Source of the DNA: a virus
Reading direction: 5' to 3' (one strand)
Virus record (IMG/VR): IMGVR_UViG_3300032156_000003
Span: 1-64,000 of that record
DNA length: 64,000 nt
Under the pieces are notes generated by a model. The model was not told the origin of the DNA. It saw only the letters and a program-made list of their open reading frames with translations, and ran no database searches. How positions within the stretch are numbered: the first letter of the stretch is position 1; every line of letters begins with the position of its first letter. Of this stretch, positions 56,927 through 64,000 are shown piece by piece. Both the position numbers and the translations under genes were made by a program.

Positions 56927-57199
56927 ATGACCGAGACCACCGCTGTCATCTTGCAAACGCCCGTGATATACGGCCCGACCGTGGTCTACGCACCCGGAAC
57001 GTTCGGACATCCGTGCACGGTGGCGGGCGCGATGCAGGCGCAGAACCCGTGCGGCTGGGAGTTCTTCGCGTGCGAGACGTGCCTTCACTGGAAGGGCGGA
57101 TGCGGGTGCAAGCGCAACGTGTTCATCTCGGTTGTCGGCGCGAACATGAGCGGGTGCAGGTTCTACGAGGCTGAGCGCAGAAAGCGGGAGACGCGATGA
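56927..57199 (+). CDS. Small Cys-rich protein
   Basis: CETC..W..GCGC...CRFY. Confidence 0.5.
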   Translation: MTETTAVILQTPVIYGPTVVYAPGTFGHPCTVAGAMQAQNPCGWEFFACETCLHWKGGCGCKRNVFISVVGANMSGCRFYEAERRKRETR

Positions 57200-57630
57200 C
57201 AACCGACCCCAACCGCCTTGACCACCTGCGCCGCCTGTGCGACCTCGTGAGCGACCCGGAAGCTCCATACGCCTACTCCACCCACGCGCAACCGGGGCAG
57301 GTCTACGCGAGCAACGGGCCGCCCTACCCGCCGCTCACGGTGATTGACTCGACAACGACGCCCATCAAAGAGTTGCTGTACCACCGGCAAACCGTGGCCG
57401 TGGACATCCACCCCGGCGAGGAACCCGAGCGCATCTCGGTCAACCGCATGGTAGGCGTGCTAGAGGACGGCCGCGAGGTGTGTATGGGCGAGGTGTGGGC
57501 GCTCCCGGACGTCATGTTGACGGCAGCCGAGCGCGGGCCGGTGAAGTGCGCGGCGTGCGGGATACTGGTCCGGGAGCTCCCGGTGTTCGACGATGCGGGG
57601 CTGGCCTATCACAAGGGGTGCGCGGGATGA
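57196..57630 (+). CDS. Hypothetical protein with a C-terminal CxxC...HxxC finger
   Basis: ATGA overlaps on both sides. Confidence 0.55.
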   Translation: MTTDPNRLDHLRRLCDLVSDPEAPYAYSTHAQPGQVYASNGPPYPPLTVIDSTTTPIKELLYHRQTVAVDIHPGEEPERISVNRMVGVLEDGREVCMGEVWALPDVMLTAAERGPVKCAACGILVRELPVFDDAGLAYHKGCAG

Positions 57631-57977
57631 CGACCAAAGCGGACATCATCGCGGCGCAGCAAGCGGCGGCCGATGCCTACTACATCGCCGACCCCGTGAC
57701 GGGCGCGTCGATCAAGCTCGGGCTCGGGTCCACCGGGACGGTCGTGACGATCGCGGGGCAGAAGTTCGACAGCGGCGCGGCGTGGGGACCGGAGCCAGCT
57801 GCCATCCCGTGTCAGGTGGAAGGGCTCGCGGACTACCTGGATACGCTCGGTATCTCAGAGACGGCGGCAATCAAGGGCAAGGTGAACGACCTGTGCGCAT
57901 CTCTGAATCAGTTGATTGCCGACTTCGATTCGAGTACGATTCCGACCACCGCGCCGACCGTTCCGCCCCTCCCGTAG
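57627..57977 (+). CDS. Hypothetical protein
   Basis: ATG 57627 in an ATGA overlap; 116 aa. Confidence 0.55.
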   Translation: MTTKADIIAAQQAAADAYYIADPVTGASIKLGLGSTGTVVTIAGQKFDSGAAWGPEPAAIPCQVEGLADYLDTLGISETAAIKGKVNDLCASLNQLIADFDSSTIPTTAPTVPPLP

Positions 57978-58054
57978 CGTCCCGACCAGCAACAGTGCGG
58001 GTTCCCGGGGCTGAAAAAAACGACATAGGCCCTGTCGATTTTGCTGTCTTCGGC

Positions 58055-58083
58055 TTGACACGCGCAATGAGAGGCGCTATATA
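58055..58083 (+). promoter_or_regulatory. Sigma70-type promoter carrying a TTGAC-N5-CAA box
   Basis: TTGACA(58055)-17 nt-TATATA(58078). Confidence 0.7.
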
Positions 58084-58117
58084 TAGAGTAGGCGGACGGA
58101 AACAAAAGGGGAACGCG

Positions 58118-58825
58118 GTGGTTATCAGGGCAAAATACGACGGCAAGTGCAGGAAGTGCGGACAGTCGATTCGGGCGGGAGAGCAAATCGAGTGGAGTCG
58201 CGAGAGCGGTGCCGGGCACGTCACATGCCCGGCGAAAAAGGAGACCGCCCCAACGTTCGACGGCCCGACGTATAAGTTGTACGGCGGGTCGGGATACGGG
58301 TGCCGAGGCTGGCGCGTCGGCTCCGTGTTCGCAGCGAACCCGAAGCACCGCGCGGAGGGATGGCCGGAATTCGTCACGATTTTGACCGCCTCGTCTCGGT
58401 GCGTCTACGAGGACGGACTGTCGTTCGGCGTCGGAGATGACGAGGGGACGCTCTACTCCGCGACGGCACGGGCGGCAACGGAAGAGGAAGCAGTTCCGGT
58501 GCGTGAGAAGCTCGCGGCGGTGGAGAAAGCGGCGACGGCGACGGCAGTTCGCGACGCGGCGCTCAAGGAGCTGTGCGGACTGTGCCGCGCCGGCCTCCGC
58601 GTCGGAAACGACAGCGTGGATATACCGATCGGAGAGCAGATAGTGGTGCTTACAGGAAGCGGTGGCAGTGGTCGCGAAGTCGTGGTGGTCGACGACGTCC
58701 AGGTGTCGTGGTGGTGCTCAGGATACTACGACGATTACCGCCGGTCGCTGTACACGACGACGGCCGCGCGGGCCGTCGAGTTGGCTCGGATGCTGAAGGA
58801 GATGGGAACAGGAGCAGGAGCATGA
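58118..58825 (+). CDS. Hypothetical protein with an N-terminal PARP-finger-like 'AKYDGKC..CG..I..GE' motif
   Basis: AGGGG SD then GTG 58118, downstream of the promoter. Confidence 0.65.
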   Translation: MVIRAKYDGKCRKCGQSIRAGEQIEWSRESGAGHVTCPAKKETAPTFDGPTYKLYGGSGYGCRGWRVGSVFAANPKHRAEGWPEFVTILTASSRCVYEDGLSFGVGDDEGTLYSATARAATEEEAVPVREKLAAVEKAATATAVRDAALKELCGLCRAGLRVGNDSVDIPIGEQIVVLTGSGGSGREVVVVDDVQVSWWCSGYYDDYRRSLYTTTAARAVELARMLKEMGTGAGA

Positions 58826-58905
58826 AGAACCTAAAAAAAGACCACCGATTGCAGGTCCAGTTTGACCGCCAGATGGTGCGTTGGCTCGCGACCGAGGCCG
58901 CCTAG
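58822..58905 (+). pseudogene. Possible truncated ribbon-helix-helix ORF (27 aa)
   Basis: AGGAG SD; MKNLKKDHRLQVQFDRQMVRWLATEAA* looks like an RHH strand plus helix A only. Confidence 0.3.
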
Positions 58906-58917
58906 TCTCCATCCCGT

Positions 58918-58946
58918 TTGACTTTCTCAATCATCGGCCGTACATT
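58918..58946 (+). promoter_or_regulatory. Sigma70-type promoter carrying a TTGAC-N5-CAA box
   Basis: TTGACT(58918)-17 nt-TACATT(58941); flanks resemble the promoter at 3093. Confidence 0.7.
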
Positions 58947-58952
58947 CCCTAC

Positions 58953-59056
58953 ATGATGCTTCACACCTCCAAGTGAATCGCCGAGAGGTCAATCGAGAGT
59001 CCCCCCACTCTCACTGTCCACCTCATCTCGGCGGTTCTCTTGGGGGTGCGAGGTGT
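58953..59056 (+). ncRNA. Candidate structured RNA / 5' leader (long hairpin with a C6 loop)
   Basis: Nested stems 58962-58989 / 59019-59050 and GAGAGT-CCCCCC-ACTCTC, directly after a promoter. Confidence 0.5.
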
Positions 59057-59071
59057 CGAGAGGAATGAAAC

Positions 59072-59323
59072 ATGGAATTGTCGGCAGAAGGAATCCAGTG
59101 TCTAGACGAATTGCTACGGGCCGTCGCGTCGGCGAAGAGCAACACGGAAGATGAACTCGCTTCCAGTCGAGATGAAATTGATAGACTTCGTGGCGAGGTG
59201 AAAGTTCTCACCATCGCCCTGAAACACAAGCGCGACGAATTGAAGTTGAAGGGCAAGTCGCCTTGGCAGAAAATCTGCGATTGGATTGCGAGCATTTTTA
59301 GGCGTTCGAACCGAACGGCGTGA
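59072..59323 (+). CDS. Small coiled-coil protein with an amphipathic C-terminus
   Basis: GAGG SD; 83 aa. Confidence 0.55.
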   Translation: MELSAEGIQCLDELLRAVASAKSNTEDELASSRDEIDRLRGEVKVLTIALKHKRDELKLKGKSPWQKICDWIASIFRRSNRTA

Positions 59324-59442
59324 TTCGCGCTGTTTGCCGTGTCTCGGAGTTGCCGTTTGCTGACATCCTTTCCGTGCCGCATTCGGATCGACCTTCTCCG
59401 GGACACGGTCAACCGCGCGACAGCGCAGAACCGAGGGGAAAC

Positions 59443-59730
59443 ATGGCAACACCGATTTTTGTTCCGCAGTTGGGAGACTCCGTCCGCGACAGCATCTCGG
59501 GATTCGAGGGTGTTGTCATCGGCATCACCGAGTGGCTGTACGGATGCCGACGTTGCGGCGTCCAGTCGACGGCGCTTCACGAGGGCAAGCCGATTTCCGC
59601 CGAGTGGTTCGACAGTCCGCAACTCCGTGTCACCTTGTCCGCCAGAGACGGCGACAACGCGGCGGAGCCGGGGAAACCGGGCGGACAGCGAGACGACAAG
59701 GCGAGTGCGCGTAAGGACCCGACGCGATAG
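59443..59730 (+). CDS. Conserved small phage protein
   Basis: 'LGD.VRD.ISGFEGVV....EWLYGC....VQ...G......WFD..QL'. Confidence 0.7.
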   Translation: MATPIFVPQLGDSVRDSISGFEGVVIGITEWLYGCRRCGVQSTALHEGKPISAEWFDSPQLRVTLSARDGDNAAEPGKPGGQRDDKASARKDPTR

Positions 59731-59733
59731 CCG

Positions 59734-60264
59734 ATGCCCTACCGCGACAAAGACTTCCTCGCCTTCGTCCACACCGCACGTCGCGACGGTCTGTGTGTTG
59801 CGTGCGAGTCGCGGCCGTGGAGCCAACTTCACCATTGCGGCTCCGATGGTGGTGTGGGGCTCAAGCCGTCGGACTACCTAGTTGCGCGCATCTGCGGCGA
59901 ATGCCACCGGACCGCGCCGTACAACTTGAAACTGCGGTCGCTTTTGAAGGCGCACCACGAAGGGCTCGCAGCGACCTACCTCTCCGACGCGGCCGACTCC
60001 CTGTCCCTATGGTCCGCCCACCTCGAAAGCCGCCTGGCCGAATTCGAGGCGAACGGTTGTGCGCGTGACGAGTTGGTCACCTGGCTCATGGATTACGACG
60101 CAACCGACCTGGCAGGCGCGGAGGCGTGGCTTCTCGCGTGGGCGCACCGTCGGCACGCGAACGCGCTGGAAGGGCTCTGCGAGGCGTTGGGCGAGGTCAC
60201 GAGGGCGACAGATTTGGAAGGCGCGCGGTTCATCGCGGACCGGGCGCTCAAGGCGTGGGGGTAG
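59734..60264 (+). CDS. DUF968-like / HNH-type Zn-binding nuclease-like protein
   Basis: 'RDKDFLAFV...CVAC...HH....GG.GLK.SD.....C.ECH'. Confidence 0.7.
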   Translation: MPYRDKDFLAFVHTARRDGLCVACESRPWSQLHHCGSDGGVGLKPSDYLVARICGECHRTAPYNLKLRSLLKAHHEGLAATYLSDAADSLSLWSAHLESRLAEFEANGCARDELVTWLMDYDATDLAGAEAWLLAWAHRRHANALEGLCEALGEVTRATDLEGARFIADRALKAWG

Positions 60265-60287
60265 ACATGAACAGAAAGGAAGGGGAT

Positions 60288-60584
60288 ATGCGAAAGGTAA
60301 GAATCGGAGAGGTGACGGTAGACAACTGCAACATCAAACGGGCTGTTCTCGACGATGAGACGGGAGACGCACTTCGTTGCTGGCACCGGGTCGACGTGGT
60401 TTGCACAAGGGTCTGTGCCGCTTGCCATGTTGAGCGCGGCGCTTGCCATCAACGCGATCCGCGATACGGGCACACCGAATTCGAGAAGGACACGGTTGCG
60501 ACGATGGTTCACTGTTTGGCGAACGGTGGATTTCTGATTGGTATCTTTGACGAAGAGGTTCAGCCTCCCACGTCCGAAACTTGA
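60288..60584 (+). CDS. Hypothetical Cys-containing protein (alternative start 60267)
   Basis: AGGAAGGGG SD before ATG 60288. Confidence 0.5.
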   Translation: MRKVRIGEVTVDNCNIKRAVLDDETGDALRCWHRVDVVCTRVCAACHVERGACHQRDPRYGHTEFEKDTVATMVHCLANGGFLIGIFDEEVQPPTSET

Positions 60585-60615
60585 AAATCAATTTCGCTTC
60601 TGATATACATTGAAA

Positions 60616-61059
60616 ATGGAGTCCGTAATCAGTCCCGTGGACGTGCGTCAACTGCTTCTGTCCATTCTGCGCGCCGACGCGACTCCTCCGAAAATCCGAC
60701 CGGGTCACGTAGCGACATGCGAGGGGATCAACGTGGCCCGGCGGTCATTAACTGGCGAGTTGTCCCTGAGATGCTTTCGCGCGGCGCACGGGACGGCACC
60801 TCAATACGCCTCGATTCAGTCGGCGCTCTGCAAGCTCGTAGGAGGCTTTCCGAAGTGCACGACGTGTGGCGGCAAGGGTTGGCTGGCTATCGACGGCAAG
60901 GAAGCTCGGGAGGCGGCCTTGAAGTCGCTGGCGTTCGGCGCGTTCCGGGGGATACGATTCGAGTCGCTGTCTTCGGCAGATGAACTACTCAAGCAGTCGA
61001 GCATGTTGGACCTAATATCAGACGGGACGAATTGTGGCAAAAAAACAGTCACCATCTGA
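60616..61059 (+). CDS. Hypothetical protein with CxxCxGxG
   Basis: Preceded by an AT-rich promoter-like TTGAAA-17-TATACA at 60581-60609. Confidence 0.5.
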   Translation: MESVISPVDVRQLLLSILRADATPPKIRPGHVATCEGINVARRSLTGELSLRCFRAAHGTAPQYASIQSALCKLVGGFPKCTTCGGKGWLAIDGKEAREAALKSLAFGAFRGIRFESLSSADELLKQSSMLDLISDGTNCGKKTVTI

Positions 61060-61642
61060 GTTGCGCGCACGTCGAGCTGCTCTGTTCGAGGCATTATGCT
61101 CAATCGTGCGAGAAGAATGCCAACCTCCAACAATGACCGCGTTGAAGTCGCGCACTGGTACTGGGAAGAACACTCTTCTCGCCGACCTCGCGATACTGAT
61201 ACAGAACGGAATGGTCAAGCGAATCTCGAACCTCTACAGCAAGGGCACGACCGGATATTCATGGGTGCCCACCTCTCGCCATCTCGCGCACGGAATCGGC
61301 TTCTGTTCGAGTGATGGGTGTGACGCGGACCCTGTTCTTGTCGTAGCGGGGCATGCTCTGTGCTCTCAATGCTCGCACGGGCCGGTGGACCGGGAGCACG
61401 GCGGAGGGCAGTTTCGCAGTGACGTAGACGAGGACCGCACGGCGCGGGAAATGGTCGCGTCGGGCTACAACGCGGCGTGCTACGCTGGCGGGTGGGAGCC
61501 ATCGGACGGAGAGAAAGAAACGCGGGCGGTCGCTATCCCGAGGATGAAAAGTGCGCTGTACCCTCGCAAGTGTTCGGCCCGAATTCCCGGCCTGTCGCTC
61601 CCCACGATGACCCCGTCCGAGGTTGAGGTGGAGTTCGGCTAG
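61034..61642 (+). CDS. Winged-HTH (LexA-DBD-like) protein with a Cys cluster
   Basis: 'PPTMTALKSRTG.GKNTL..DL..L.QNG.VKR'; C....C / C..C. Confidence 0.55.
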   Translation: MAKKQSPSELRARRAALFEALCSIVREECQPPTMTALKSRTGTGKNTLLADLAILIQNGMVKRISNLYSKGTTGYSWVPTSRHLAHGIGFCSSDGCDADPVLVVAGHALCSQCSHGPVDREHGGGQFRSDVDEDRTAREMVASGYNAACYAGGWEPSDGEKETRAVAIPRMKSALYPRKCSARIPGLSLPTMTPSEVEVEFG

Positions 61643-61675
61643 CCCGAACTGCGCTTAAAAAAAGAAATACAAAAC

Positions 61676-61704
61676 TTGACACGGGCAAGCGGCCGTGCTA
61701 CATC
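61676..61704 (+). promoter_or_regulatory. Sigma70-type promoter with an A-tract UP element and a TTGAC-N5-CAA box
   Basis: AAAAAAAGAAATACAAAAC-TTGACA(61676)-17 nt-(TG)nTACATC(61699). Confidence 0.65.
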
Positions 61705-61748
61705 TATTCTCAGACAGCGGGGAAGCCCGCACAGCGAGGAGAGAGAAG

Positions 61749-61949
61749 ATGCGAGCGGCGGCGGTAGCGATGGACACGCGGCGTGAAACGGCGTTGAGGG
61801 CCGTTCCGAGCGGAGAAGTCGAGCGGTTGCGGTTGCACGTTGAGCGGCAAGCGGCGGTCATCCGTCGGCAAGAGCAGCGCATCGCGGACCTCATCGATTT
61901 GGCCGAGCGGCAGCGTGACGAACTGGACCGGATGAAGGCGCGCGACTAG
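61749..61949 (+). CDS. Small coiled-coil protein
   Basis: GAGGAG SD, ATG 61749. Confidence 0.55.
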   Translation: MRAAAVAMDTRRETALRAVPSGEVERLRLHVERQAAVIRRQEQRIADLIDLAERQRDELDRMKARD

Positions 61950-61951
61950 CG

Positions 61952-62122
61952 ATGGTTGCGATGTACCTTCTCGCGGCGCTCGCCGTCGCGGTGCTCGTGT
62001 TGACCCTCGCGGACCTCGTGAGGAACGTTCGGAAACCTTCGAGCCTTGGGGATGGGAGGCGGTCTTGGCGAAAAGCAAAAGTAGGAATCTGTCGTGTCCG
62101 AAGTGTGACGGCCCGCTCGTAG
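61952..62122 (+). CDS. Small single-TM protein (56 aa)
   Basis: Manual translation MVAMYLLAALAVAVLVLTLADLVRNVRK...; below the ORF-track cutoff. Confidence 0.35.
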   Translation: MVAMYLLAALAVAVLVLTLADLVRNVRKPSSLGDGRRSWRKAKVGICRVRSVTARS

Positions 62123-62301
62123 TCGAGCACCGGCACGAGATGATCGAAACGGACATGGGGTCATGCCCCACGGTATTCGCCGCGCAGGCCACGTGCCCCG
62201 CCTGTGGGCGCAAGGTATCGGCGCACCTATTCGGGCTCGGGCCGTCTCCGGTGGCGGCGCAAGCGGCGATGGAGCGACGGGTTGAGGAGGCGAGGGGATG
62301 A
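62065..62301 (+). CDS. Zinc-ribbon protein
   Basis: CPKC...CPACG; GGAGG SD then TTG. Confidence 0.55.
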   Translation: MAKSKSRNLSCPKCDGPLVVEHRHEMIETDMGSCPTVFAAQATCPACGRKVSAHLFGLGPSPVAAQAAMERRVEEARG

Positions 62302-62624
62302 GCGGCGAGACGTGCACGCGAATCGTTCACGCCGGGGTCTCGTGGCGTCGGACTCACGAAGAGTGCTGCAAGCCCGCCAAGGGCATCGGCAAAGACGGCA
62401 AGCCTCTGTGCGGCCTTCACCTCGCGGCCGAGCGCAGGCGGGCGGCGACGGACGCAAAGCACACGGCGAAGTGGGATGCTGACAAAGCGTTCCGCGCCGA
62501 GGTCGCCGACTTCGCGAAGGCTCACGCGCTCGCGTCACTATCGGCAGGGGAAGCCGTACACCGTTCGGTGTCGCTGTCGTTGGACGAACTGGCGAAACTG
62601 GTCGAGAGGGCGGAGCGCGCGTAA
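62298..62624 (+). CDS. Hypothetical protein (C...C...C..H finger plus helix)
   Basis: ATGA overlap; GGAGG upstream. Confidence 0.55.
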   Translation: MSGETCTRIVHAGVSWRRTHEECCKPAKGIGKDGKPLCGLHLAAERRRAATDAKHTAKWDADKAFRAEVADFAKAHALASLSAGEAVHRSVSLSLDELAKLVERAERA

Positions 62625-62654
62625 CTGAGGTGGACAAGTCGGAAGGGGATTGCA

Positions 62655-64000
62655 GTGTCGAACTATCTCGAATTTCTGTCGGCGAAAATGCACCGGGGGT
62701 GTGACCATGGGTTTGAACCGCTGTCTCTGAATGACGACCTGTTTGATTTTCAAAAAGCACTGACCGAGTGGGCATTGATAAAGGGGCGCGCTGCGATCTG
62801 GGCTGACTGTGGTTTGGGCAAAACGCTCATGCAACTCGTCTGGGCAGACAACGTTGCGCGCAAGACGAACAAGAAAGTTTTGATTCTTACTCCGTTGGCC
62901 GTCGGTTCTCAGACGGTCAGGGAAGGAGAGAAGTTCGGCATTGAATGTGTGCAATCGCGAGACGGAAACATAGAGCACGAGAAGCACATCATAGTAACGA
63001 ATTATGAGAAGTTACATCTTTTCAACTCGGAAGACTTCACGGCTTGCGTGTGTGATGAAAGTTCTATTTTGAAGCACTTTACGGGGGCAACTCAAAAACA
63101 AGTGACGAGGTTTATGAGCAAGTTGCCGTACCGTCTTCTGTGCACGGCGACTGCGGCACCGAATGATTACGTTGAACTCGGCACGTCGAGTGAGGCGCTT
63201 GGATGGCTGAGTCATTCCGACATGCTAACGAGGTTTTTCAAGCAACTTGATGACAAGGGGCAGAAACGCGAGCGACAGAAACTCGGCGAGAATGAAAAAC
63301 TCGCGAACCACTTTGCGAAGCTGTCGTTCAGGGTTCATCAGTCGATAGGCCAATGGAGAATCAAGCACCACGCGGAGTCCGAATTCTGGCGATGGGTTTG
63401 CTCATGGGCTCGCGCGTGTAGGAAGCCGAGCGACCTTGGGTTCGACGATATAAACTTCATCTTACCGGAGTTGGTGCAACACAACCACGTCATCAAGCCG
63501 AACTCACCACCGGAGGGGATGCTGTTCACGATGCCCGCCGTCGGTCTGTCAGAAGAGAGGGCGGAGCGCAGGCGCACGTTGACGCAGAGATGCGAATACG
63601 TTGCCGAACTCGTGAACCACGACAGACCCGCCGTCGTATGGTGTCACATGAACAACGAAGGCGACTTGCTTGAGAAGATGATACCGGGAGCTCGGCAAGT
63701 TGCGGGCAAGACACCGGACGAAGAGAAGGAAGAAATATACAAGGACTTTGCTTCTGGCACTCTAAAGAAGCTGGTCATCAAGCCGAAGATTGGAGCATGG
63801 GGACTAAATTGGCCCCACTGTGCGCACGTCGTCACTTTCGCAAGTCATAGTTATGAACAATTCTACCAATCGGTCAGACGATGTTGGAGGTTCGGACAGA
63901 AGAACGAAGTGCGCCTTGACGTCATCGCGACAGAGGGCGAGGGCGGTGTGATCTCCAACATGCTGCGCAAGGCAGAGCAGGCGGACGCTATGTTCACCGA
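62655..64000 (+). CDS. SNF2-like (SF2) helicase, 3'-truncated by the window end
   Basis: Manual translation MSNYLEFLSAK...LFDFQ...ADCGLGKT (Walker A), CVCDESS (Walker B), TATAAPND, GLNW..C, Q.VRRCWRFGQ. Absent from the ORF track because there is no stop in the window. Confidence 0.9.
   Translation, partial: MSNYLEFLSAKMHRGCDHGFEPLSLNDDLFDFQKALTEWALIKGRAAIWADCGLGKTLMQLVWADNVARKTNKKVLILTPLAVGSQTVREGEKFGIECVQSRDGNIEHEKHIIVTNYEKLHLFNSEDFTACVCDESSILKHFTGATQKQVTRFMSKLPYRLLCTATAAPNDYVELGTSSEALGWLSHSDMLTRFFKQLDDKGQKRERQKLGENEKLANHFAKLSFRVHQSIGQWRIKHHAESEFWRWVCSWARACRKPSDLGFDDINFILPELVQHNHVIKPNSPPEGMLFTMPAVGLSEERAERRRTLTQRCEYVAELVNHDRPAVVWCHMNNEGDLLEKMIPGARQVAGKTPDEEKEEIYKDFASGTLKKLVIKPKIGAWGLNWPHCAHVVTFASHSYEQFYQSVRRCWRFGQKNEVRLDVIATEGEGGVISNMLRKAEQADAMFT

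Noticed and set aside
60581-60591. Eighth copy of the operator box
   Set aside because: TTGAAAATCAA has N5 rather than N7 spacing and lacks TTGAC.
61632-61665. Intrinsic terminator (AGTTCGG-CTAGC-CCGAACT plus A-tract)
   Set aside because: The A-tract is on the wrong side for a terminator on either strand and is better explained as the UP element of the 61676 promoter.
1-64000. Genome-wide TAG recoding (alternative genetic code)
   Set aside because: TAG does not interrupt conserved domains and genes are full length in the standard code; only the junction bias is reported.

Overview
The window is one continuous stretch of a GC-rich tailed dsDNA phage (or prophage) with a contractile tail. Every credible gene is on the + strand. 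Gene order is: small accessory genes plus a moron-like Asp/Thr-repeat DUF1566 lipoprotein (0-3.9 kb); packaging and head genes (terminase large subunit, portal, MuF, XkdF-type protease, scaffold, major capsid; 3.9-14 kb); neck and tail (adaptor, sheath, tube, tail chaperone with a -1 slippery site, tape measure, tube initiator, hub, spike, gp25, baseplate J, gpI-like; 14-40 kb); fibres (40-48 kb); HTH regulator, recombination and replication genes (PD-(D/E)XK nuclease, probable annealing protein, initiator, DnaB; 48.8-55 kb); two peptidoglycan hydrolases; many small hypotheticals; and an SNF2-type helicase cut off by the window end. I could not recognise an integrase, tRNA, CRISPR array or reverse transcriptase. 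A myxobacterial/deltaproteobacterial host is an inference from the lipoprotein style only. The signals I rate highest are: (1) a TTGAC-N5-CAA box at seven sites, each at a predicted promoter; (2) an ~80-aa 'GGTAN' module repeated and nested across head, neck, sheath and baseplate proteins; (3) a promoter-driven ~90-nt hairpin with anti-SD-like motifs; (4) a prohead protease apparently split around an inserted gene, with two head proteins sharing a SYKxRYTG tail; (5) an excess of in-frame TAG-(NNN)-ATG gene junctions. All product calls come from motif recognition and synteny by eye; no database search was run.
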